Shown in pieces: positions 51,115 through 60,163 of a stretch of 64,000 bases of DNA (positions are counted from its first letter, which is position 1; every line of letters begins with the position of its first letter). The notes beneath the pieces were generated by a model. It ran no database searches. It worked only from the letters and a program-made list of their open reading frames with translations, and was not told the origin of the DNA. The DNA lies in assembly GCA_963795735.1 (NCBI GenBank), contig CAWCIU010000018.1, positions 1,484,684 to 1,548,683 on the forward strand. Direction: 5' to 3'. The position numbers were made by a program, and so were the translations under genes. Origin of the DNA: an uncultured Acidobacteriota bacterium. GTDB lineage: Bacteria > Acidobacteriota > Thermoanaerobaculia > Multivoradales > UBA5704.

Positions 51115-52629
51115 CTAGGCCTGGACCTGGCCGGCGAGCTGCTGGATCTGGATCATCACGAACTCGGCGGGCTTGAGCGGCGCGAAGCCCACCACGATGT
51201 TGACGATGCCGCGGTTGATGTCGTCCTGCGTGGTGGTCTCCCGGTCGCACTTGACCAGGTAGGCCTCGCGCGGCGTCTTGCCCTGGAAGGCGCCCTGGCG
51301 GAACAGGCCCTGCATGAAGGCGCCGAGGTTGAGGCGGACCTGCGCCCACAGCGGCTCGTCGTTGGGCTCGAAGACCACCCACTGGGTGCCGCGGTAGAGG
51401 CTCTCCTCGAGATAGAGCGCCGTGCGGCGGACCGGGATGTATTTCCACTCGGAGGTCAGCCGGTCGTCCCCCTGGAGGGTGCGGGCGCCCCAGATGACCG
51501 GCCCCACGGCCGGACGGATGCGCAGGCAGTTGACCCCGAGCGGGTTGAGCTCGCCGTTTTCCGGATCGGTGAGCGGCACGCTCAGCCCCTGCACGCCGGC
51601 CAGCGTGGCATCGAGCCCCGCCGGCGCCTTCCAGATCCCGCGCTGGGCGTCGGTGCGGGCGAACACCCCCGCCACCGCGCCGCACGGCGCGAAGTCGCCC
51701 AACTGGTTGTCGCGCTGCGGATCGGTCTCCCGCAGACGGGGGAAGAAGAGCGCCGCGTTCTTGCTGACGGTGCCGACGCCCGCCGCGATGCCGGCCTTGG
51801 CCAGCTCCTTGGTCGTCCAGGCGCTCGGCGAATCGACCAGCAGCATGGCCCGGCGCGTCTCGCAGTAGGCCGCCGCCTGGGCGATCACGGAGGCGTCGAC
51901 GTCGCCGGTGCTCAGGTAGGGAGGGATGCAAAGCAGGTTGAAGAGGTCGGCCTTGTCCAGCGCGAAGAGCCCCTGCTTCGGCGTCGAGCTGAGGATGTCG
52001 GCGCTGACGAGCGGACCGCCGTCCGTGGCCTGCTGGGCGGCCGCGACCGTGCTCCAGGACGTCGCCGCGGGGATCGCGGCGGGCAGGGGAAGGACGGCCT
52101 GCACCAGGCTCGAGCCAGCGGCCAGCACCTTGTCAACCCGGCGGGGGCTGGCGGCATCCACCGCCACGTTGCGGAACACCTCGACCGGGCCCGCGCTGCC
52201 GATGCGGACGCTGAGGTTGAACAGGTGCGGGTCGGCGTTGGCCACGTTGTGGTCCACCATGGCCTGGAGCTGGTTCCCCCAACTCCCCGGGCTCGCCGCC
52301 TCCAGCTCCAGCGTGTCCACCGCGAGGCTGGCGTTGGTGATCGGCGCCGGCGGTCCGGCGGGGGCGCGGTACAGCCGCACGATGATCGCCTGGCTGCCGC
52401 CGTTGAGATAGAAGTCGCGGACCGCGTAGCTGAGGGCGCTGTCCGCCCACAGCCCGCCGAAGGTCCGCTCGAAGTCGCCGTAGCTGTTGATCGTGACCGG
52501 CTCGTTGACCGGTCCGCTCCGGGCGCGGCCCACGAAGGCGGTGATCGAGGTCGCGACGCCGGTGATCGTCCGCACTCCGCTGGGGATCTCCTCGACGTAG
52601 ACGCCCGGATAGGTTGGCTGGACTGGCAT
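51115..52629 (-). CDS. Contractile tail sheath protein
   Basis: YPGVYVEE, GIWKAPAG, WGARTL, YIPVRR, VVFEPND, KPAEFV. Confidence 0.96.
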   Translation of the reverse strand: MPVQPTYPGVYVEEIPSGVRTITGVATSITAFVGRARSGPVNEPVTINSYGDFERTFGGLWADSALSYAVRDFYLNGGSQAIIVRLYRAPAGPPAPITNASLAVDTLELEAASPGSWGNQLQAMVDHNVANADPHLFNLSVRIGSAGPVEVFRNVAVDAASPRRVDKVLAAGSSLVQAVLPLPAAIPAATSWSTVAAAQQATDGGPLVSADILSSTPKQGLFALDKADLFNLLCIPPYLSTGDVDASVIAQAAAYCETRRAMLLVDSPSAWTTKELAKAGIAAGVGTVSKNAALFFPRLRETDPQRDNQLGDFAPCGAVAGVFARTDAQRGIWKAPAGLDATLAGVQGLSVPLTDPENGELNPLGVNCLRIRPAVGPVIWGARTLQGDDRLTSEWKYIPVRRTALYLEESLYRGTQWVVFEPNDEPLWAQVRLNLGAFMQGLFRQGAFQGKTPREAYLVKCDRETTTQDDINRGIVNIVVGFAPLKPAEFVMIQIQQLAGQVQA

Positions 52630-52802
52630 GAATCCCTCTCCTTTCCCTGATTGCCGCGGTTCCTACGATTACCGCGCGCGGAGCCCGGCCCGGCTCGTTC
52701 GCGGAGAGAAACCAGACCCGAAATCTGGTATCTCTCTCCTGCTTAGGCGAGGTGCCAGGTCTTTCGTTACAGTCGATCATCAAATTTTTTTACGCTCCAG
52801 CC

Positions 52803-54569
52803 ATGAACGTCCTCGGCCTCTCCGCCTTCTTCCACGAATCCGCCTGCTGCCTGCTGCGCGACGGCCGACTGGTGGCGGCGGCCGAGGAGGAGCGGTTCTC
52901 GCGGGTGAAGCACGACCCCCGGCTGCCGGTCGCGGCCTTCCGCCACTGCCTGCGCTCCGGCGGGATCGGCATCACCGATCTCGACGCCGTCGCCTACTAC
53001 GAGTCGCCGGTCAGGAAGCTCTCCCGCCAGCTCTGGGCCGGCTTCCCCGAAGGCGGCTCGCCGGACCTGCCGTGGCTCGACCCGGGAGCCCCCGAGCGGG
53101 CGATCCGCGAGGGCCTGGGCTGGGAGGGGCCGATCCTCACCTTCGAGCACCACCTCTCCCACGCCGCCAGCGCCTTTCTCTTCGCGGATTTCCCGCAGGC
53201 CGCCCTGCTCACCGTGGACGGCGTCGGCGAGTGGGCCACCACCAGCTACGGACGGGGGAGCGGCGCCGCGGTCGAGCTGTTCGAGGAGGTGGACTTCCCC
53301 CACTCCCTCGGCCTGCTCTACGCCACGCTCACCTCCTACCTGGGGTTCGAGGTCAACGACGGCGAATACAAGGTGATGGGCCTCGCCCCGTACGGCGAGC
53401 CGCGCTACCTCGACGAGATGCGCCGGTTGGTCTCTCCCGGTCCCGGCGGTCAGTACCGGCTCGACCTTCAGTACTTCGACTTCGTGCGCGGCCGGCGGAT
53501 GTACTCGGAGGCCCTCCCCCGTCTCTTCGGCGAGCCTCCCCGGAAGCCGGAGGCGGCGATCTCCCGCTTCCACCAGGACGTGGCGCGCAGCCTCCAGGCC
53601 GTGCTGGAGGAGATCCTGCTCGCCAAGGTCCACTGGCTGCACGAGAAGACGGGGGTACCCGACCTCTGCATGGCCGGCGGGGTGGCGCTCAACGTGGTGG
53701 CCAACGGCCGCATCCTGCGCGAGGGTCCCTTCGAGCGCCTGTTCGTGCAGCCCGCCGCCGGAGACTCCGGGGCCTGCCTCGGCGCCGCCGGTCTCGCCCA
53801 CATAAAGCTGACGGGGGGACGCCCGGAGCCGCTGCGCCACGTCTACCTCGGGCCGCGCTGGACGGTGGAGGAGATCGCCGGCCTGCTGGCCGCCACCGGG
53901 ATCGCCGCCCACGACTTCCGGGGGAAGGAGGCGGAGCTGCTGGAGGCGGTGGTGGACCGGCTGGAGCGCGGCGAGGTAGTCGGCTGGTTCCACGGCGCCC
54001 TGGAGCTCGGCCCCCGGGCGCTCGGCGGGCGGAGCCTGCTGGCCGATCCGCGCGATCCGGGGATGCGCGACCGGCTGAACCGGCTGGTGAAGAAGCGCGA
54101 GGCCTTCCGCCCCTTCGCGCCGAGCGTCCTTGTCCGGCACGCGGCCGAGTGCTTCGATCTCGACCACCCGTCCCCCTACATGCTGGAGACCTGCCGGGTG
54201 ACCTCGCCCCTGGACCTCCCCGCCGTCACCCACGTCGACGGCTCGGCGCGCCCGCAGACGGTCGATCCCGACGTGGCTCCGCGCTTCGCCGCCCTGCTGG
54301 AGGCCTTCCGGCGGCGGACCGGCTGCCCGCTGCTGGTGAACACCTCCTTCAACGTGCGCGGCGAGCCCATCGTCGCCTCTCCCGTGGACGCCCTCTCCTG
54401 CATGGGAGTCTCCGGGATCGACGCCCTGGCGCTCGAGGATCTCCTGATCGATCGCGCCATGCTGCCGGCGAGCTGGGCCGATCTCCTCCCCGCCTGGAGG
54501 GAGCGCGCCCGCAGCGGCTTCTCGCGGGGAACCGCCGCGATCTCCCCGGATCTCTACACCTTCGTATGA
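52803..54569 (+). CDS. O-carbamoyltransferase (NodU/CmcH family)
   Basis: EEERFSRVKHD, EHHLSHAASAF, DGVGE, EYKVMGLAPYG, GPRALGGRS, KREAFRPFAP, NTSFNVRGEP. Confidence 0.94.
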   Translation: MNVLGLSAFFHESACCLLRDGRLVAAAEEERFSRVKHDPRLPVAAFRHCLRSGGIGITDLDAVAYYESPVRKLSRQLWAGFPEGGSPDLPWLDPGAPERAIREGLGWEGPILTFEHHLSHAASAFLFADFPQAALLTVDGVGEWATTSYGRGSGAAVELFEEVDFPHSLGLLYATLTSYLGFEVNDGEYKVMGLAPYGEPRYLDEMRRLVSPGPGGQYRLDLQYFDFVRGRRMYSEALPRLFGEPPRKPEAAISRFHQDVARSLQAVLEEILLAKVHWLHEKTGVPDLCMAGGVALNVVANGRILREGPFERLFVQPAAGDSGACLGAAGLAHIKLTGGRPEPLRHVYLGPRWTVEEIAGLLAATGIAAHDFRGKEAELLEAVVDRLERGEVVGWFHGALELGPRALGGRSLLADPRDPGMRDRLNRLVKKREAFRPFAPSVLVRHAAECFDLDHPSPYMLETCRVTSPLDLPAVTHVDGSARPQTVDPDVAPRFAALLEAFRRRTGCPLLVNTSFNVRGEPIVASPVDALSCMGVSGIDALALEDLLIDRAMLPASWADLLPAWRERARSGFSRGTAAISPDLYTFV

Positions 54570-54638
54570 GAGACCGCCGGAGGTTCGTGGAGCAGCGGAC
54601 CCGGGGTCTGGAGAAGGGACCCACGGCGTGAAGAAGTG

Positions 54639-54827
54639 GACCTACAGGTCAGAGAACCGGACCTACAGGTCAGAGAACCGGACCCACAGGTCGGAGAACC
54701 GGACCCACAGGTCGGAGAACCGCACCCACAGGTCAGAGAACCGGACCCACAGGTCGGAGAACCGGACCTACAGGTCAGAGAACCGGACCCACAGGCCGGA
54801 GAACCGGACCCACAGGTCAGAGAATCG
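54639..54827. repeat. Tandem repeat, 9 x 21 bp
   Basis: Unit gacc(t/c)acaggtc(a/g)gagaaccg, contiguous with no spacers; two degenerate units upstream. Confidence 0.95.
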
Positions 54828-54863
54828 GCACGCCGGGTCGGACTCTCCACGAGGCGGGTCGCG

Positions 54864-56975
54864 ATGAAGGAAGACCGCAAGGGCCTTTCCAATACCCTCG
54901 CCGGGCTCCTGGCGACTCCCGAGGGGCTGCGCACGGCCCGTCTCCTCCAGGCCGCCGGCCTTCTGGGGAACGCCACGAACGCGGAGCCGCGACCGGCGCC
55001 CCGTCCCCCCGAGCCGATCAGCATCTGGCAGTCGCGCAAGGAGGAGGGCGGAGAAACCGTCTGGGTCCGTCCCGATCCCCAGCCGCTGGGCGACCACCAC
55101 GCCGTCCAGCAGATCCTCCGCCGCAAGCAGGCGGAGCTCCCCCTGCGGGTCGGCTTCTTCGGTGAATCGGTGGCGGCGGGCTATCTCTACGCTCCTTCCA
55201 TCACGCCCGCCCGGGTGCTGGAAGGGCAGCTCCGGGCCGTGGGCGGAGCGGACGGTGCGGGCAATTTCGAGGTGATCGACCTCGCCCGCACCAACGAGAC
55301 CCTCCCCTCCCTGGCGGAGACCGTGCGGACCTCGCTCCAGATCCAGCCCGACGTGCTGGTCCTCTTCGCCGGCAACAACTGGAACCTGCTGGAGACGCCG
55401 GAGGTCTCCCCCTACGCGCCCTCCGTGGCCGCCCGGCAGCGCTACGCCCTGGCATTGCGGGAGGAGGGCACCGCGGGCCCCATCCAGTGGGCGGACGAGC
55501 AGCTCCGCGAGGTGGCGGACGCGGCGCTCGGCGCCATCGCGGAGATCGCCCGGGCGGTGCAGATCCCGGTCGTCGTAATGATCCCCGAGGTCAACCTGGC
55601 CGACTGGGAGACCCGCCAGCCGCCGGTCTGGCTGCCCGGCGACGGCTCGGCCCGCTGGCATGCCCTCTACGCCGAGGCGGCCCGGCGGCTCGACCGGGGG
55701 GACTTCGCGGGCGCCCTCGAAACCGCCGGCGCCATGCGGGAGCTCGACGGCGGCGCCTGCGCCTCCACCTGGCGCCTCCTCGCCCGGGCTCATCGGGGCC
55801 TCGGAGATCTCGACGGGGAGCGGCGGGCCTGCCTCGCGGAGGTGGATGCCGCCCCCTACGCCACCCTCGCCTTCTTGAGCGCGCCGCAGGCCACCACGGC
55901 GGCCCGCGAGCTGCTGCTGGAGGCCTCCCGGCGGTACGGCTTCTTCCCGGTGGATCTGCGGCAGGTCTTCGCCGAGCATGCGGGCTCCCCCCTCCCCGGC
56001 CGCCGCCTCTTCCTCGACTACTGCCATCTCACCCTGGAGGGGATCCAGGTCGCCATGGCCGCGGTGGCCGCCGAGGTGCTGAACCTCTCGGGGATGATGG
56101 AAGAGGACCAGCGCTGGCAGGCGCTTCTCCCCCGCCTGCCCGCCCCGGCGATCTCCCCCGAGGAGGAGGCGACCGCGCGCTTCGGCGCCGCCGTCCACAC
56201 CGCCCACCGGCTGCTGGCGACCGGCTCCAAGCGGCCGCTCCTGGAGCACTGGTGCGCCGCCGCGCTGGATGCCTCGCCCGGCGTCGAGGCGGCGATGCTC
56301 GACCTCGTCGCCGCCCGCTGCTCCCCCTGCCCCGCCGTGCTCACCGCAGCCCAGCAGCGCAACCTCGCCTCCCCCTACCGCCTCCTGCTCCAGCACGGCT
56401 GGCGCTGGGACCACCTCGACGCGGACCTGATCGCGGCGATCCGCGCCGTCCTCGAGCGCCGGGGCCGTCCGGTGGGGGAACAGATCGATCGCCTGCTCCT
56501 GGAGCACCTGGCGATCCGCGAGGAGGGGACCGAGCTGCTCGATCCGGTCTATCTCTGGGAGCCGCTCGAAAGGTTCTACCCCGAGGTGATGAGCTTCGAG
56601 GACCTCTCCCGCCGGGCCACCCACCGCGCCCCCTGGCCGGAGACCGCCTTCTGCCTGATCTGCGACGGGGAGCGGGAGGTCGAGCTGGAGATCACCCTCC
56701 GCCGGCCGGCCGGGGTGGGTGTCGTGGGCCTCGCCGTCAACGAAGAGGAGATCGGGACCCTCGAAGTCATCGAGCGCTGGACCCGGGCGATCCACCGGAT
56801 CGAGCCCCGGAGCCTCCGCCGGGGCCTCAACCGCCTGACCCTGCGCTGGCCCCTCGCGCTGGGCGACGGCGAGACCGCCCTGGAAGCCGCCGCCGAGCGC
56901 CTGGAGGTAGGAGTCGCGGCGGACCTGCACCCGGTGTTCGGAGAGGTGTTCTCACTGCTGGCGCGGCCCAGGTGA
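54864..56975 (+). CDS. SGNH/GDSL-like hydrolase-fold protein with TPR-like insert
   Basis: Block I FFGESVAAG, block III FAGNNW, block V FLDYCHL; the frame is also open from 54636 through the repeat. Confidence 0.7.
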   Translation: MKEDRKGLSNTLAGLLATPEGLRTARLLQAAGLLGNATNAEPRPAPRPPEPISIWQSRKEEGGETVWVRPDPQPLGDHHAVQQILRRKQAELPLRVGFFGESVAAGYLYAPSITPARVLEGQLRAVGGADGAGNFEVIDLARTNETLPSLAETVRTSLQIQPDVLVLFAGNNWNLLETPEVSPYAPSVAARQRYALALREEGTAGPIQWADEQLREVADAALGAIAEIARAVQIPVVVMIPEVNLADWETRQPPVWLPGDGSARWHALYAEAARRLDRGDFAGALETAGAMRELDGGACASTWRLLARAHRGLGDLDGERRACLAEVDAAPYATLAFLSAPQATTAARELLLEASRRYGFFPVDLRQVFAEHAGSPLPGRRLFLDYCHLTLEGIQVAMAAVAAEVLNLSGMMEEDQRWQALLPRLPAPAISPEEEATARFGAAVHTAHRLLATGSKRPLLEHWCAAALDASPGVEAAMLDLVAARCSPCPAVLTAAQQRNLASPYRLLLQHGWRWDHLDADLIAAIRAVLERRGRPVGEQIDRLLLEHLAIREEGTELLDPVYLWEPLERFYPEVMSFEDLSRRATHRAPWPETAFCLICDGEREVELEITLRRPAGVGVVGLAVNEEEIGTLEVIERWTRAIHRIEPRSLRRGLNRLTLRWPLALGDGETALEAAAERLEVGVAADLHPVFGEVFSLLARPR

Positions 56976-57131
56976 GGGGCTTGAGCATCGAGCGGCGTTC
57001 CTCTGGCGTGTGGTAAACTTTTTCAAATAGCTGTTGTCTAAACCTTTTTCATGAGGCGGTCTAACGCCCCTGGGCGTGGAGGCGTAGTGCCGCCTGCCAG
57101 CGGGGCGCGGCCGCGCTCCCGGAGGTCACGC

Positions 57132-59016
57132 ATGATCGACGGTCGCCGTACCCTATGCCACTGCTTTCTCCCGCTGGCTGTTTCAGGGCTCCTTCTCGCC
57201 GCCGCTCCCGGCTTCGCGGCATCGCGGCACCAGCCCCCGCGACGTTCGACTCCGCAGACGTCGGAGGCCGGCACTCCGGACCCCTCCTCACCGACAGGAA
57301 CGGCCATACTCCGTGCACCCTTCGGAAAAGAGCGTCCGGTGACCTATCACGTCGTCCGCGGCCATGCCATCTTCCAGGGCGACATCGACCTCGGCCCCGT
57401 GGACGCCAAGGGTAACCTGCTGCCACGGCCATCCCGCCGTCCCCCTATCGTCACTGCGGTGGGGATCACCGACCCGGACCTCGTCTGGCCCGGCTGCGTC
57501 GTACCCTGGGAGTTCGACAGCGTGCCCGCGCCCCTGCAGGCGACCATCAGGACGGCCTTGAACACTTGGCAGACCCTGAGCCCCTGCACCTTCCCGGCGC
57601 ACACCACAGAGGCGGACTATCTGGTCTTCCGCATCAATACGGACAAGAGCGGTGCGAGCTCCTCAGCGATCGGACGTTGCGGCGGCGGGCAGGAGGTCAG
57701 CATCAACCAGGGGGTGATGAACCCCTTCACCGTCGTCCACGAGATCGGGCACGCCCTCGGGCTCTTTCATGAGCATACCCGGCACGACCGCAATCTCTTC
57801 GTCACCGTCAACACCGCGAACATCCTGAGCGGCTTCGAGCACGACTTCGAGATCGACAAGGACTCGCAAGACATCGGCCTCTACAATTTCAACTCGGTGA
57901 TGCACTATCCTCCGACCGCTTTCGTCAAGCCCGGGGCGGGTCCTACCCTGACGCCGAACGTGGCCGGCGTCACCTTCGGCCAGCGCCGGTTCCTGGACCC
58001 GGGAGACGTGAGCGGCGCGCTCGAGGTCCAGGGGATTAGCGTGGGGTGGACGGTCTTCCAGCCGCAGAACGGCCCCGCTTCTGTCTCCTCGCCCTCGATC
58101 GGCCCCAACCAGGAGGAGATCTATTACCAGCCGAGGAAGAGCGGCGGACGGGATTTCGGCCTGCTCTGCCGCCGGCATGGTTTCGGAGCCCCTCTCCCGC
58201 CCGACTGCATGGCGGCTTTGCCGCCCGAGCCGCTGAGCGGCATCCCGTCGGCGTCCTTTACCCCCTTTGCCAAGACCGAGAACCTCGATCTTCGTGCGCG
58301 GCGCCGATACCGGTCCTTATTTGCACTTCCGCCGCGACTACCCGACGGACGCGGCGGGCGGCGTCTTCCATCTCGAACCGGCGCCAGCCGGGACCGACTG
58401 GCTGTCGAGCCCGGCCGCGCTGACCCTCGACTCGCGCATCCTCGTCTTCGGCGTCCGCGGCCGCGTCGACCATCCTGGGGAAACCGCGCTCCACATGGTC
58501 TTCAAGGACTATGGCGACGGCACCAACCCCCATCCCTGGTCAGCGCCGGTCGAGCTCCTCTTGCCTGGCGGTGCCGTTCCAGCTTTTGAGCCGGCGGTGG
58601 TTTCGACGCGGCCGGGAAGCTGGACTCTTTTCACCTTCGACCTGAAGGGTAATCTCTGGGGGGCCGAAGGGGACCCGGACGGAAGGATCGTCACTCCTTG
58701 GGCGCTGGTTTCGTCTCTACGCCTGGCCGGCAGCGGGCCGCGGTCCGGTCCGGCGGTGGCGATCACCCGTGTGCCCGGCGAGGACTTCCTGCTCCTCGCC
58801 GACGGCCCGGCCGGGCATCTCGTCTACTCCGGAGTCGACAAGCGGCTGCGCGCCACCGATCCCTGGCGCGACGTCGGCGGCCTGCTCACCGGCCGCCCCG
58901 CCGCTACCACCTACTCGAGCGGCACGCTGGTCGGCATCCTCGCCAACGTCCAAAGCCAGTTCCTCTGGTTCAGGGAATGGGATCCCTCGTCGCACGTGGT
59001 CAAGGGCGGTTTCTAA
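57132..59016 (+). CDS. Secreted astacin (M12A) metalloprotease with C-terminal beta-repeat domain (frameshift ~58150-58190)
   Basis: GGAGG RBS, signal peptide, FQGDI propeptide, HEIGHALGLFHEHTRHDR, Met-turn SVMHY. Confidence 0.87.
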
Positions 59017-59078
59017 GATCGGCGAGATTGCGTGGGGCGCGCTCGCACAGCGCACCCCACGCGGAGACGAGCGTCGTC

Positions 59079-59999
59079 TCAGTGATGCCGCGGATTCACC
59101 GGGTGGTCCGGCATCGTCTTGTTCAAGCTGTTGTAGATCGTCTCGATCCAGGTGTTGGTCTTGATGAAGCCGCTCCCCCAGTCCTTCCATTCGGCGGGGA
59201 ACCCCGCGGCCTGGATCTGGTCGAGCTTCTTGCGCGCCTTGACCTGCTTCTGGACGATTGCCGTGGTCTCCACCAACATGCGGTGGAACTTCCTCAGGCC
59301 CTCGACGTCGGAGAGCGGCCCGTGGCCGGGGATCACCTTGGCGTTCGCCGGGATCTGGGCCAGCACCTTGGCGACCCCGTCCGTCATCCCCTGGACGCTG
59401 CCGCCGCTGTCCAGATCGACGAACGGGAAGAAGCCGTTGAAGAAGTCGTCGCCCATGTGCACCACGTTCGACCGGGTGAAGAAGATCACGCTGTCGCCGT
59501 CCGTGTGGCCGTTGGGGAAGTGGATCGCCTTGACCTCCTCGCCGTTGAAGTGAACGGAGGCCGAGTCCGCGTAGGTCACCACCGGCAGGCCCGCCGGCAC
59601 CATCGGCTCGGTCTTGTTGCCCATGATGGTGGAGCCGGACACCAGCCGCTTGCGCACGTTGTCCTGGGCGACGATGAGCGCCTCGGGGCCGAAGACCGGG
59701 TTGCTCCCGGTGTGGTCGCCGTGGAAGTGGGTGTTGAGCACGAACTTGAGCTTGCCGGGGTTGATGCCGTGGAGGGCGGCGCGGATCTTCTCCGCCAGCG
59801 GGGCGTACTCGTCGTCCACGATCAGGACGCCATCGCTCCCCGCGGACACCCCGATGTTGCCGCCCGACCCCTGCAGCATGTAGATGTTCCCGGAGACGGG
59901 GACCACCTTGACCTCGATCTTCGAAAAGTCCTGCTCCTGCGCCAGGGCCGGCAGGGCGGCGAGGGCGAGAGCCAGACCGACGCGGAACGTCGCGCGCAT
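59079..59999 (-). CDS. Exported MBL-fold metallo-hydrolase
   Basis: Signal peptide, NTHFHGDHTG, GHTDGD, HMGD, IPGHG; AAGGAGG RBS. Confidence 0.92.
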   Translation of the reverse strand: MRATFRVGLALALAALPALAQEQDFSKIEVKVVPVSGNIYMLQGSGGNIGVSAGSDGVLIVDDEYAPLAEKIRAALHGINPGKLKFVLNTHFHGDHTGSNPVFGPEALIVAQDNVRKRLVSGSTIMGNKTEPMVPAGLPVVTYADSASVHFNGEEVKAIHFPNGHTDGDSVIFFTRSNVVHMGDDFFNGFFPFVDLDSGGSVQGMTDGVAKVLAQIPANAKVIPGHGPLSDVEGLRKFHRMLVETTAIVQKQVKARKKLDQIQAAGFPAEWKDWGSGFIKTNTWIETIYNSLNKTMPDHPVNPRHH

Positions 60000-60050
60000 G
60001 CGGATTCCTCCTTGAGAATGGGGTGAAGCCGGACGGGCGGAATCTACCAC

Positions 60051-60145
60051 GGACGAAAGGACACTTAAGGGCGAGAGGGACTTCAAGGACGGGCACTCCC
60101 GAGGCCGGCGTCCGTCCTTGACGTCCCTGGTGTTCCCTTTCGTCC
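60051..60145. repeat. Imperfect intergenic inverted repeat
   Basis: ggacgaaagg...agggacttcaaggacgg pairs with ccgtccttgacgtccct...cctttcgtcc. Confidence 0.6.
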
Positions 60146-60163
60146 TTGCTTTCCTGAAGCCGC

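Noticed and set aside
30587-52629. Prophage or T6SS
   Set aside because: No capsid, portal, terminase or integrase and no TssJLM/ClpV; DUF4255, DUF4157 and the Afp15-like ATPase indicate eCIS
52740-52758. Sigma54 promoter for the eCIS (TGGCACCTCGCCTAAGC)
   Set aside because: GG-GC spacing is 14 nt, not the required 12
54639-54827. CRISPR array
   Set aside because: Units are contiguous with no unique spacers, and no cas genes are present in the window
54554-55126. Minus-strand Cys/Ser-rich ORF as a RiPP precursor
   Set aside because: Antisense to a well-supported gene, explained by the 21-bp repeat, and no RiPP maturases nearby
59079-59999. Bona fide beta-lactamase resistance gene
   Set aside because: Only generic MBL-fold motifs are visible; substrate cannot be assigned from sequence
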